Shown piece after piece: positions 40,721 to 49,499 of a stretch of DNA of 64,000 nt (position 1 is the first letter of the stretch; each line of letters opens with the position of its first letter). Source of the stretch: a phage. Made by a program: the position numbers and the translations under genes. The notes beneath the pieces are model-generated. The model ran no database searches. It saw only the letters and a list, made by a program, of their open reading frames with translations, and had not been told where the DNA came from. Location: NCBI GenBank assembly GCA_015370545.1, contig GCA_015370545.1_3932.1. One strand, given 5' to 3'.

Positions 40721-41269
40721 ATGAAGAAATTGATTCTAGGTTTGTGCTTAATGTTTACAGCACACTTATCTTATGCAGTTGACTGCCCAGAGCTATCAAT
40801 TAGCCAAAAAGTGAACATGTTAAAAGCTTACCAGTATGGTGAGAATAACATGGGTAAAGGTTGGGGTATCACTCTAGCAGCTATAGCCTTACAAGAGTCA
40901 GAGTTAGGTCTGAAGGTAGAAAATAAAAAGACCCATGACTATGGTATCTTCCAGAATCACTTGAAGACTGTTGTAAAGCGTAACAAAATTAGTCCTAATG
41001 TTGCTAAAAAGAAACTCTTAAAAGATTTTGACTATGCCGCAAAAGAAACACATAAAGAGCTTGAGTTTTGGACGAAGGTACATGGTCAGCCAAAGTCAAA
41101 GAAGACTTTACAAAAAGTTTTAGCATCATATAATGCTGGGTATTCGTACAAAATCCCTAAAGCTAAGAAATACTCTCAAGATGTCTATAACAATATGAAA
41201 GTTATCGCTCAATGTGAATTTGCAACAAACATTTCTAAGGTAAATCATGAAAAAATTAAGAAAGTCTGA
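40721..41269 (+). CDS. secreted lytic-transglycosylase-like protein
   Basis: 182 aa; signal peptide MKKLILGLCLMFTAHLSYA; AIALQESELG and DYGIFQN resemble SLT-domain motifs. Confidence 0.5.
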   Translation: MKKLILGLCLMFTAHLSYAVDCPELSISQKVNMLKAYQYGENNMGKGWGITLAAIALQESELGLKVENKKTHDYGIFQNHLKTVVKRNKISPNVAKKKLLKDFDYAAKETHKELEFWTKVHGQPKSKKTLQKVLASYNAGYSYKIPKAKKYSQDVYNNMKVIAQCEFATNISKVNHEKIKKV

Positions 41270-41942
41270 TGAAGTCCTGTGCCACGCTTATGACTTGCAT
41301 CCTCATGAGTTAGGTCTTGATTCCTGTGTATGGACTCCAGAACAGTGCAGGGATTTTGAAGACACTGCAAGAGAAGTTGTATGTTCACTGGAAGAGTTCC
41401 ACACATCAGAACCAATTGTGAACGTTGTGGACAAAGAGACTGGACAAACTATAGGTGTAAGGCGTGATAGTTTAGTCATAGTCAATAAAGACCTTGTAGA
41501 AAAAGGTAACCTCATCTTAGCAGATATTGATGGTGTTCTTACAAATTTTAATCACGAAGATTGCTCAACGGAATTGACTGATGGGTCATTCTCACAGTAC
41601 ACTAATCTTCTTGACTCTGTAAGAGCAAAACCAACATATGTTTTTAGTATTATTGATGCAATTGCTAGTCATGCTGCCATTGGACTCTTGACAGCGAGAG
41701 GTGAATCTCAGAGAATACCTACTGAGATGTTTTTAAGGCATAACATAGAGCATGATTACATGCTTTTTATGCGTGGTTTTGGAACTAACTCTATAAGTGC
41801 AGAAAGTTTAAAAGTGAGGATGATTCAGTCTTGCATTCTTCCTTATTTTAATATAGTATGCTTTATAGAAGATACAGAGAAGAATGTTCAGAAGGTTAAC
41901 AGAATCCTTCCACACATTAAAACCATGTTAGTTAAACATTGA
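41247..41942 (+). CDS. hypothetical protein with HAD-like DxDG motif
   Basis: 231 aa; LADIDGVLTNF resembles HAD phosphatase motif I; weak. Confidence 0.35.
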   Translation: MKKLRKSDEVLCHAYDLHPHELGLDSCVWTPEQCRDFEDTAREVVCSLEEFHTSEPIVNVVDKETGQTIGVRRDSLVIVNKDLVEKGNLILADIDGVLTNFNHEDCSTELTDGSFSQYTNLLDSVRAKPTYVFSIIDAIASHAAIGLLTARGESQRIPTEMFLRHNIEHDYMLFMRGFGTNSISAESLKVRMIQSCILPYFNIVCFIEDTEKNVQKVNRILPHIKTMLVKH

Positions 41943-42418
41943 GAGAAAAACTTATGAACAATATCATTACGGTAGCACTGGACGATACGGCAAACAAATC
42001 TGAAGTAGTTCGTAAAATGATTCAAGGTAACTTTGAAGGTAAAATTTTCCGTGCTGTTAATGTAAAAGCTGATGGTAGTATTCGTGAATATCGTGCATTG
42101 TTGAATGTTAAAAAGCACGTAAAAGGTGCTGGTTCAACGACTGCACACAAAGAAAACCTGATGACTATCTATGATATGGGTAAGGCTTCAGAGTTAGGTG
42201 CTGAAGGTATCGTTAAAGAAGGTGCTCCGTATCGCTCTTTCAATCTGGAAACTACTCTTATGCTTTCCTTTACAAGTGGTTCTAAAACAATCACTTATCT
42301 CTTTACTGATGCTGCAACGGTATCTGCTATTAAGGATAGCACTGTCAAAGCTGGCGTAGTTGCTGCTGCAAAAGCTTCTTCGATGGCTGCAAATATCCTT
42401 GCTAAAGTCCTCGGTTAA
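41939..42418 (+). CDS. hypothetical protein
   Basis: 159-aa ORF. Confidence 0.45.
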   Translation: MREKLMNNIITVALDDTANKSEVVRKMIQGNFEGKIFRAVNVKADGSIREYRALLNVKKHVKGAGSTTAHKENLMTIYDMGKASELGAEGIVKEGAPYRSFNLETTLMLSFTSGSKTITYLFTDAATVSAIKDSTVKAGVVAAAKASSMAANILAKVLG

Positions 42419-42430
42419 GGTTAAGATACA

Positions 42431-42451
42431 GGCTCCTTCGGGAGCCTTTTT
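42431..42451 (+). terminator. rho-independent terminator
   Basis: GGCTCC-TTCG-GGAGCC followed by TTTTT. Confidence 0.65.
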
Positions 42452-42470
42452 CATTTCAGGAGATTGTTAA

Positions 42471-42818
42471 ATGACATTTAAAGAGTTCTGTCAAGCTACT
42501 TTCATAATTGTTTTCTTAGTTGGGGCAGGTGTCTGGGGAGGATACTCTTACAGAGACTACCAAGTTGCTGAAGCTGAGTTAAGCAATGAGAAACTAATAA
42601 GTGTTGCTAAAGATGCTTATCAGGAAGGTTTAGCCACACTCAGCACCAATTACAAAAATGATTTGAAAGATGTGCTTGCTAAGAATAAGCATACAAAAGA
42701 GGTACTAACATATGAAAAAACTAAGCCAGAGTTTTATAATGTTTGTGTTACTGATAATTATGTCAGGGTGTTCAACGAACAAAGTGAACAGTACATTCAA
42801 AAACTCCCAAGTAAGTGA
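42471..42818 (+). CDS. i-spanin-like protein
   Basis: 115 aa; N-terminal TM segment then charged periplasmic region; overlaps lipoprotein ORF in another frame. Confidence 0.4.
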   Translation: MTFKEFCQATFIIVFLVGAGVWGGYSYRDYQVAEAELSNEKLISVAKDAYQEGLATLSTNYKNDLKDVLAKNKHTKEVLTYEKTKPEFYNVCVTDNYVRVFNEQSEQYIQKLPSK

Positions 42819-42981
42819 GAGTGACAAGTACACTCAAGAAGAGTCAAGATTCACTGTCAAAGGTAATACTGGTAGTGATGTGGCAGCAGCCCTTGAGTTT
42901 TATCGTGATGGTTTTTACCAGTGCACAATCAAAGCTAATAACCTTATTGATATGATTTTATTAGGAAACAAACAGCAATGA
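42712..42981 (+). CDS. o-spanin-like lipoprotein
   Basis: 89 aa; signal peptide with lipobox IIMSGC; starts inside the 3' end of the upstream gene in a different frame. Confidence 0.45.
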   Translation: MKKLSQSFIMFVLLIIMSGCSTNKVNSTFKNSQVSESDKYTQEESRFTVKGNTGSDVAAALEFYRDGFYQCTIKANNLIDMILLGNKQQ

Positions 42982-43247
42982 CAGAGAATGAAGACACTTT
43001 CTATGTAGAAGGGTACTTACTGCTACCACGACCAAAAGAAACTTATATGCGGGTTGATTTCTCACCAACCATTATGGATAATGTGATGTGTCATATCTTT
43101 ATGCAAGGTGTCACAGCACAGCTTAAGCACGTTGGTAAAGAGTGCAAAATAAAGGTTGACACTCATCCAGAAATCAAAGAGAATCACTACACATGGTTCT
43201 TACCAGATTCTAAAGAAATCTTAGCAGTTCTTAAAACGAGGAAATGA
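42978..43247 (+). CDS. hypothetical protein
   Basis: 89-aa ORF. Confidence 0.4.
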   Translation: MTENEDTFYVEGYLLLPRPKETYMRVDFSPTIMDNVMCHIFMQGVTAQLKHVGKECKIKVDTHPEIKENHYTWFLPDSKEILAVLKTRK

Positions 43248-43558
43248 TTATGCAATTCCAGCCAACCAATCGTGGATTTTCTTATGCAGAATTTAAAGAT
43301 GCTAAAGGGGAAATTTGTACTTTACAAGAGAGTTCATCATATGAACCATGTATTTGGTTAGGTGCTAAAGAGGTCTCTGTTCAGTACCTAGATGGTGGCT
43401 GGAAAACACTTGATATCCCAGCATTAGTAGGCAAAGATTTTGTAGGTAACCAAAGAATGAAACTCAACCAAGAACAGGTGAAAGAGTTATTGCCATACCT
43501 TCAGTACTTTGCTGAAAATGGTGAATTACCAACAGAGGAACTTACAAATGCAGATTAA
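43244..43558 (+). CDS. hypothetical protein
   Basis: 104-aa ORF. Confidence 0.4.
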   Translation: MIMQFQPTNRGFSYAEFKDAKGEICTLQESSSYEPCIWLGAKEVSVQYLDGGWKTLDIPALVGKDFVGNQRMKLNQEQVKELLPYLQYFAENGELPTEELTNAD

Positions 43559-43874
43559 TGGAAGAGACTTTGTAGCCGTTTACTACGAGAAAGATAAAGA
43601 AGTTGGCGTAGCACAAGTATCTTATGGTAATGGTAAGTGGTTGTATGGGACAATCGCAGTAGTCGGAACAAGAAGTGATACAAAAACTTTTAAAGATTGT
43701 GTTGACCTCCTTGAAGAATCCATTCAGAATCATTGGTGTCTGATATGGATGACTGACAACGAAGTGATAGAACGCTTCAAAAAGATTGATATCAACATTG
43801 ATAGTATTGAGCATGTTGATTTATATGAGCTAACTGAGAAGGTAAACTATGAGAGTAATTCTAGCCAGAGATAA
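43548..43874 (+). CDS. hypothetical protein
   Basis: ORF 43509..43874 trimmed to internal ATG at 43548 (MQINGRDF) preceded by AGAGGA. Confidence 0.4.
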   Translation: MQINGRDFVAVYYEKDKEVGVAQVSYGNGKWLYGTIAVVGTRSDTKTFKDCVDLLEESIQNHWCLIWMTDNEVIERFKKIDINIDSIEHVDLYELTEKVNYESNSSQR

Positions 43875-44076
43875 AAAGACACGGAAACTCATCCGGTCAG
43901 CAGTATTCATTGGAAGAAATGAAGTCATCCCGTTTACAGCAAACGATGTGATAGCCTACAGGAAAAACTTAGTGTTTAGTGATTGCTTGCGTGGCTTCAT
44001 CTCCCAACCGTTGGAAGACTTTAAAAGCCGTTGTGGTAAAGGTATCATCATTCAAGAGGCAATTATCAATGGCTGA
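43849..44076 (+). CDS. hypothetical protein
   Basis: 75-aa ORF. Confidence 0.35.
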   Translation: MRVILARDKKTRKLIRSAVFIGRNEVIPFTANDVIAYRKNLVFSDCLRGFISQPLEDFKSRCGKGIIIQEAIING

Positions 44077-44269
44077 CTTCTGCAAAGACTGTTCTATCGA
44101 AATGTTCGGACGTGATACAGGTGACTTAAAAGGTCTTATCACTGAAGATGACTTTAAAGCTGGTTATGCAATGCCAGTAATCTGTGAAGGTTGTGGGTGC
44201 ATCTGGGTAGACCACGAAGGACAACGTGTAAAACCTTCAGAAGACAAAGAATCTTGGGAGAGATGTTAA
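44069..44269 (+). CDS. small zinc-ribbon protein
   Basis: ORF 43979..44269 trimmed to ATG at 44069; CKDCS...CEGCGC. Confidence 0.35.
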   Translation: MADFCKDCSIEMFGRDTGDLKGLITEDDFKAGYAMPVICEGCGCIWVDHEGQRVKPSEDKESWERC

Positions 44270-45055
44270 ATGGGTATTGTAAAAATAATTAATGGTGATA
44301 TCTTTGCCGCATTTGATAAAGGTAAGTTTGACATCATCGGTCACGGTTGCAACTGTATGAATTTAATGAGTGCAGGTATCGCTGACAAGATTTCTAAACT
44401 TTACCCAAAAGCATATGAGACCGATACAGAAGTTTATCTGTATGCAGGTGGTATAGGACACAAACCCTGTGAAAATTTACTAGGTAATTTCTCTGTAGCA
44501 CGTTTAAAACAAGGTCGTATAGCTAATCTTTACACTCAGCTTAAGACTGGTAAAGATGCCCGATACAGTGCTTTAGAGTCATCTTTGAAACAGCTTAACA
44601 GATACTGTGAAGTTAATCAGTTGAAGAAAGTTGGGTTACCTATGATTGGTGCAGGTATCGGTGGACTTGACCCTCAAGCCGTTACCGTTATCATTAATCA
44701 GGTGATGAAGAGTGTAGATGTGTATCTGTATGTCTACGAAGGAGAGATGTACCACAAGTTACGCTCAGGTTGGAATAACTACTGCGAACCAGAATACTTT
44801 GCAGGTGTAGTAACGTTCACAGACAATGCAGTTACCCTCTTCAGACGAAGAAAAGGTAAGATACATCAAAGTAACCCTCCGGTTGAAAAGATGTCTCTAA
44901 GTAACGCTCTAGTTACCCACCTGTCGAAGAGCAATCACAGAATTGCAGTAACATTTGGCAGTGATGCAGACACATATATCTATGCAAGGACTGATGAAGA
45001 TATCGAGGAGATTTTCTCATCACAAGAAGTTACCTTCTTAGACGCAAAGAACTAA
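44270..45055 (+). CDS. macro-domain-like (ADP-ribose binding/processing) protein
   Basis: 261 aa; N-terminal GDIF...DIIGHGCNCMNLMSAGIA and glycine-rich VGLPMIGAGIGGLDP fit the macro-domain pattern; extra C-terminal region. Confidence 0.5.
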   Translation: MGIVKIINGDIFAAFDKGKFDIIGHGCNCMNLMSAGIADKISKLYPKAYETDTEVYLYAGGIGHKPCENLLGNFSVARLKQGRIANLYTQLKTGKDARYSALESSLKQLNRYCEVNQLKKVGLPMIGAGIGGLDPQAVTVIINQVMKSVDVYLYVYEGEMYHKLRSGWNNYCEPEYFAGVVTFTDNAVTLFRRRKGKIHQSNPPVEKMSLSNALVTHLSKSNHRIAVTFGSDADTYIYARTDEDIEEIFSSQEVTFLDAKN

Positions 45056-45085
45056 TAAACTCTGTAGAATATTCACAATAGATTA

Positions 45086-45130
45086 AGCCTTCCTTATCTG
45101 GTAAATTTTTCAGGTAAGGAAGGCTTTTTT
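45086..45130 (+). terminator. rho-independent terminator
   Basis: 10-bp stem GCCTTCCTTA/TAAGGAAGGC followed by TTTTTT. Confidence 0.6.
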
Positions 45131-45320
45131 ATTTCAAGATTGTGCAGGTAGAGTTCTGTAGAGAAATCTGTAGAGAAAATTTTGAACTCCAAAGAGAAAA
45201 TTCATTTTCAAACTGTGCAGGTAATCTCCAAAGAGCTTTTTCATTTTCAAAACGTGCAGACCCCGCTCAGGTCGGGCAAGAAAAATCATTTTAGAATTGT
45301 GCAGGTAGGTGGATGCAGGT
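45120..45320. repeat. four direct repeats of TTTTCAAAnTGTGCAGGTA-type unit in ORF-free DNA
   Basis: copies near 45125, 45205, 45245 and 45290; flanking CTCCAAAGAG also repeats. Confidence 0.5.
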
Positions 45321-45484
45321 GGGGATGTCGCCATTTCTCACAAGGCTAACACATCTGGAAATAAAAGTCAACAGAAAAATTTGTAGCGGATTGAAAAATA
45401 ATTCTTGATTGTAGTTCTGTTTTGTGGTAGTCGCGTGCGCCCGTTTCATTACAATTTTTGCAAAAATATTTTTAAAATTCCTAT

Positions 45485-45575
45485 TGACTCTTTGAGTATG
45501 GTTATCTAATATTTGCATCAACGGGGAGGGAATGACCTTCCCCACTAAGTAAAGTCCTAAACTGGAGATTCTAAA
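45485..45575 (+). promoter_or_regulatory. promoter + conserved 5' hairpin leader + RBS
   Basis: TTGACT-17 nt-TAATAT, then CAACGGGGAGGGAATGACCTTCCCC hairpin, then AAACTGGAGATTCTAAA ATG. Confidence 0.55.
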
Positions 45576-45956
45576 ATGGCATACCGTGCACCTAAATTCA
45601 TCAACAAAGACAACTTCCGCAACGCACTGGAGAAGTCACTTGATGAAAAATTTAACGGCAAATTGATTGTTGTTCACGCATTCAATTTTAAGTATGATAT
45701 TAACGGGAATAAAATCAACCATTACACGGCAACCATGTTAGATGGTACGCTATCAAGTGAAAAAGCCGTACTGAATGCACTTGCAGGACGTGGTAAAAAC
45801 CTGATAAGCTGCAATAAGAGACGTTATCAAGGTGGCGCATATGGTTATGATGATGCTGTTTACCATCTTGAAAATATGGGCTATTCAGTGGAGAAAGCTG
45901 GAGCGTCTCAAATAATTGGTAGTGATGGTTATGTGACAATCTTCAAAATTAAATAA
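45576..45956 (+). CDS. small cassette protein 1
   Basis: 126-aa ORF behind conserved leader. Confidence 0.55.
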   Translation: MAYRAPKFINKDNFRNALEKSLDEKFNGKLIVVHAFNFKYDINGNKINHYTATMLDGTLSSEKAVLNALAGRGKNLISCNKRRYQGGAYGYDDAVYHLENMGYSVEKAGASQIIGSDGYVTIFKIK

Positions 45957-46042
45957 AAGTACTTTACAAGGGGCTTATAGTTCGATAAAGTAAGCCCCAG
46001 ATAAAGAGCTTTATCACTCAATCCTAAATTGGAGATTCAAAA
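45957..46042 (+). promoter_or_regulatory. conserved intergenic cassette (hairpin + palindrome + RBS)
   Basis: AAGTACTTTACA-GGGGCTTA...TAAGCCCC-AGATAAAGAGCTTTATC-...TGGAGATTCAAAA; one of four near-identical units. Confidence 0.55.
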
Positions 46043-46300
46043 ATGGCTATTATCAAAAACGTTGTAGTTCCTGCAAAAACTCGTGATGACGCTCGCATCA
46101 TGGCGAAAAAGTTAGGCGGGAAAGTGGTTGACAACGGAAAACAATCTGCTGTAAGATGGAGCGTGAAGGCTGATAAGCAACTAACCTTAAAACGCAGTTC
46201 AAACAATCTTTTTAAAGGTGTAAAATCACTCGGTAAAGTGAACGTGTTTACCAAAAAAGGCTATAAAATGCACTTATCATTAACTGGCAATTTAATCTGA
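46043..46300 (+). CDS. small cassette protein 2 (basic)
   Basis: 85-aa ORF behind conserved leader. Confidence 0.55.
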   Translation: MAIIKNVVVPAKTRDDARIMAKKLGGKVVDNGKQSAVRWSVKADKQLTLKRSSNNLFKGVKSLGKVNVFTKKGYKMHLSLTGNLI

Positions 46301-46390
46301 TAAAGTACTTTACAGGGGGCTTAAAAGCTGATATCTTAAGCCCCAGATAAAGAGCTTTACCACTCAATCCTTAAACTAGGAGATTCAAAA
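46301..46390 (+). promoter_or_regulatory. conserved intergenic cassette
   Basis: same unit as 45957..46042. Confidence 0.55.
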
Positions 46391-46903
46391 ATGAAAACTG
46401 TAGAAGCTACCTTTGAAGTTGTAAAAGAAAAATTTTCCATCATTTACGAAGCTGTTAATTGCTTTGAAGCAAGCCATAACCTTGATAATTGGGAGTTTAC
46501 AGATGACCATCAAGGCGGCGTGACTATTAAAAACCCCAACTGTCAGCGTAATGATTTTAAATATGCAATCCCTTTACATTACAGCCTTAAACAGCTTTCA
46601 AGTGACTATGCAAAACAAGGCCGGGAAAATCCATCAAAAGAGGCTTACATAAGCTTACAGAAAGAACTAGAAAGAGATTTAGAGGCTTCAGAATACAACC
46701 TTGCCGCGAAAGTTGTCGATGCAAATGGTCAAACAATTTTAGATAGTTTTTATATTGGTTACGCTTTCGATTGGTGCTATAGTGACGGCGATGATTTAGA
46801 GGATAGACTAAAAGAAGAGGTGAGCAATTCAGACGCAGAATCTGAAGTATTAGAACGCTTGGAAGCATTAAAAGATTCAGTGATGAATATCTTTAAGAAC
46901 TAA
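46391..46903 (+). CDS. small cassette protein 3 (acidic C-terminus)
   Basis: 170 aa; D/E-rich C-terminal region. Confidence 0.55.
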   Translation: MKTVEATFEVVKEKFSIIYEAVNCFEASHNLDNWEFTDDHQGGVTIKNPNCQRNDFKYAIPLHYSLKQLSSDYAKQGRENPSKEAYISLQKELERDLEASEYNLAAKVVDANGQTILDSFYIGYAFDWCYSDGDDLEDRLKEEVSNSDAESEVLERLEALKDSVMNIFKN

Positions 46904-46990
46904 ATAGATTTCTTTACACGGGGCTATCAAGCTGATAAGATAGCCCCAGATAAAGAGATTTATCAACTATCCTAAACTGGAGATTCAAAA
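46904..46990 (+). promoter_or_regulatory. conserved intergenic cassette
   Basis: same unit (GGGGCTATCAAGCTGATAAGATAGCCCC hairpin variant). Confidence 0.55.
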
Positions 46991-47287
46991 ATGAAATTAT
47001 CAAATAAAGTCCGTGAAAATCTAAGCAAGTTACTCAACAAAATTGATTTTATCGAGACATCAAGGAATAGTCATGATGTTATGGAATGGTTACACGGAAA
47101 AATCAAAGGCCGTCGTGTAGTGATTTGCTTATGGAATAGTTGCAGGGAATATAAAAAACCTGTATTACAAGTCAATATCTATGATGATACTTTTAAAAGC
47201 CCTGTAAAGTCTAAAAGTGATTTATTAGAATCCTATGAGATAACTGTAAATGGCAAAGTATCAAGTAAAGAGGAAACACCATGTTAA
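46991..47287 (+). CDS. small cassette protein 4
   Basis: 98-aa ORF. Confidence 0.5.
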   Translation: MKLSNKVRENLSKLLNKIDFIETSRNSHDVMEWLHGKIKGRRVVICLWNSCREYKKPVLQVNIYDDTFKSPVKSKSDLLESYEITVNGKVSSKEETPC

Positions 47288-47613
47288 TGACTGGTATCAC
47301 TGCAATCATTGCCATTTTCGCGCTATATAAGGCATATAAAGCCTATAATCTAGCAAATAAGGCAATCACACAGCAGGTTAGCAATAGCCTTGTAGAAAGC
47401 TTTCTAGGGCGTCTCAGTGATGAGCAAATAAAGCGGTTAGAAATGAGCTTCAGATTCAAAGCGAAAACCTATCAGATAAGTGACATCTTCAAGGATGATT
47501 TCCAGTTAGTCGATGATTATAATTCTCTGATAAATGCTTTAAATATCAGTGACTTAAAAGACTACTACGCTGTAATTGTTCAAGAGTTGAGCAAACGAAA
47601 ACAAAACTGTTGA
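47281..47613 (+). CDS. small cassette protein 5 (membrane anchor)
   Basis: 110 aa; N-terminal hydrophobic segment ITAIIAIFALY; overlaps previous stop. Confidence 0.5.
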   Translation: MLMTGITAIIAIFALYKAYKAYNLANKAITQQVSNSLVESFLGRLSDEQIKRLEMSFRFKAKTYQISDIFKDDFQLVDDYNSLINALNISDLKDYYAVIVQELSKRKQNC

Positions 47614-47702
47614 CACTGATTTTTAGATAGATTAAATTACACATCAACGGGGAGGGAACAACCTTCCCACTAAATAAAGTCCTTAAACTAGGAGATTCTA
47701 AA
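47610..47702 (+). promoter_or_regulatory. promoter + conserved 5' hairpin leader + RBS
   Basis: TTGACA-17 nt-TAAATT, CAACGGGGAGGGAACAACCTTCCC hairpin, TAGGAGATTCTAAA ATG. Confidence 0.6.
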
Positions 47703-47975
47703 ATGTATACTACTAACAATGGCCTCACTTTGAACGTCACACTACGTCACTATGTAGATGGTGTCATGCACTTTGAAGATTTACAAGCTGAACAACATAT
47801 CTTAGATTGGCAAGTCGCAGGACTCCAAAAAACTGCTACGGGATACGGTAAAAAGATTCCAACTAGTTGGAAAGTTCACTATGAAGGACGTTTGCGCAGA
47901 ATTTATCAAGATGTGCAAAGCAATAGCGCATCGAGTTACATTATAGTAAAAGGTGAAAAACTGCATTTAGTATAA
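47703..47975 (+). CDS. small cassette protein 6
   Basis: 90-aa ORF. Confidence 0.55.
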   Translation: MYTTNNGLTLNVTLRHYVDGVMHFEDLQAEQHILDWQVAGLQKTATGYGKKIPTSWKVHYEGRLRRIYQDVQSNSASSYIIVKGEKLHLV

Positions 47976-48060
47976 AGTACTTTACATGGGGTTTAAAAGT
48001 TGGTATCTTAAGCCCCAGATAAAGAGCTTTACCCCTAAATCCTAAATTGGAGATTCAAAA
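47976..48060 (+). promoter_or_regulatory. conserved intergenic cassette
   Basis: same unit as 45957..46042. Confidence 0.55.
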
Positions 48061-48465
48061 ATGGCTATTAATAATCGTGAGTTATCAATCTTAAAAGCAC
48101 GTTTAACCGTTAATCGAATCAATGTTATCACGTCATCAGCACCAGACGAGACATTACACAACATTATCGGGAAGATTCAAGGTGTTATCTTAGACGTTGA
48201 GAATGTAAAAAACTCATTAGCAGACGTTGCAGCAGGTGTTACACTAGACGGCGCACAATATGAAATGATTGACATGTTAGGCAAATCAAAGGTTATGAAT
48301 AAAGAGTTAGACTTAAAAATGTTTCGATTTGCCGTGAAAGTATGGCTATCTGTCGAGTATGATGCTAATTTTGCAATTGCTGATTTCTTTGCCACTTGGT
48401 TGCAACGTAACTTAACAAATCATGATTTTCGTGATATCTGTGATGCAATTTACGCAGAACTTTAA
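48061..48465 (+). CDS. small cassette protein 7
   Basis: 134-aa ORF. Confidence 0.55.
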   Translation: MAINNRELSILKARLTVNRINVITSSAPDETLHNIIGKIQGVILDVENVKNSLADVAAGVTLDGAQYEMIDMLGKSKVMNKELDLKMFRFAVKVWLSVEYDANFAIADFFATWLQRNLTNHDFRDICDAIYAEL

Positions 48466-48473
48466 AAATTTTA

Positions 48474-48565
48474 TTGACACTGATTTTTAGATAGACTAAA
48501 TTACACATCAACGGGGAGGGAACAACCTTCCCACTAAATAAAGTCCTTAAACTAGGAGATTCAAA
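48474..48565 (+). promoter_or_regulatory. promoter + conserved 5' hairpin leader + RBS
   Basis: TTGACA-17 nt-TAAATT; near-identical to 47610 copy. Confidence 0.6.
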
Positions 48566-49108
48566 ATGAAATGCTTTCACGGTACTACTCAAGAAAACTT
48601 TATCAACCTGATTAATAACGGTGATAAACCATCAGGTGTATGGAATTGTTCGGATATGGACGGCAATTTTTACGTGTACCCAGAAAATAAACTCTATGGT
48701 GATGATGAGGAAGAGATAGCATCGGAAGGTATCCAGCAAGCTCTAGGAAATGCCACTATCACGGCAGCTTTTCAGATGAAAACTCAAAATATTGTTATCT
48801 TAGAACTTGACATTCCAGAGGATGAGCTAAATGATGATTATTCTTGTGATAACATGTCAAATATAGCAAGCTTTACAGAGTACTTTGATGTAAATTGGAT
48901 TAAAAAGGTCTATACAACAGAGTTCAACGCTATGTATTCACCTTTTTGTCTCCCTTCACTGGATAACCCAAATTTGAATTATCTTGATGAAACATTGGAG
49001 CTACTTGCTAAAAGTATCCAACAATCCGACAGTATTCAGGTTTTTTGTGACATCATGGATACACTGACAGAAAACATTGTAGAGAGTGATTTAAAGGTCT
49101 TTTTCTAA
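48566..49108 (+). CDS. small cassette protein 8 (highly acidic)
   Basis: 180 aa; very D/E-rich with almost no Arg. Confidence 0.55.
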   Translation: MKCFHGTTQENFINLINNGDKPSGVWNCSDMDGNFYVYPENKLYGDDEEEIASEGIQQALGNATITAAFQMKTQNIVILELDIPEDELNDDYSCDNMSNIASFTEYFDVNWIKKVYTTEFNAMYSPFCLPSLDNPNLNYLDETLELLAKSIQQSDSIQVFCDIMDTLTENIVESDLKVFF

Positions 49109-49142
49109 AAACCTATACATTCACCTTATAAACACTGATTAA

Positions 49143-49160
49143 CCCCTTACAGGGGCTTTT
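49143..49160 (+). terminator. rho-independent terminator
   Basis: CCCCT-TACA-GGGGC followed by TTTT. Confidence 0.5.
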
Positions 49161-49174
49161 AGAGGGCTTAAATC

Positions 49175-49408
49175 ATGCTTACAACCATTTATCTCATCCT
49201 TTCTATCTGTAACGGTCATTCATGTGACTTTAAAGGGCTTGAAGAGTTTACAGGAAGTAAAGAAAATGCTATTCAGGTTTGCCAGATAGCAAGACAAGAC
49301 TATCCCGCCAGTGACGACATTCAATGCTACTTTAAGACAGAAGATGAAGACGGCATCTATTTTGACAGCGTTGACGGTCAATATGAAATTATCATTGAAA
49401 AAGACTAG
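49175..49408 (+). CDS. small cassette protein 9
   Basis: 77 aa; hydrophobic N-terminus, acidic body. Confidence 0.5.
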   Translation: MLTTIYLILSICNGHSCDFKGLEEFTGSKENAIQVCQIARQDYPASDDIQCYFKTEDEDGIYFDSVDGQYEIIIEKD

Positions 49409-49499
49409 ACAAGCCTGATAAAAGTCTGTAAATTGTCAATCAACGGGGAGGGAATGACCTTCCCCACTAAATAAAGTCCTTAAACTAGGAGATTCAAAA
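49406..49499 (+). promoter_or_regulatory. promoter + conserved 5' hairpin leader + RBS
   Basis: TAGACA-17 nt-TAAATT then CAACGGGGAGGGAATGACCTTCCCC hairpin. Confidence 0.55.

Noticed and set aside
45134-45545. Minus-strand ORFs 45134..45334 and 45291..45545
   Set aside because: They fall in the repeat-rich regulatory DNA upstream of the cassette island, antisense to promoter elements, with no RBS; treated as non-coding.
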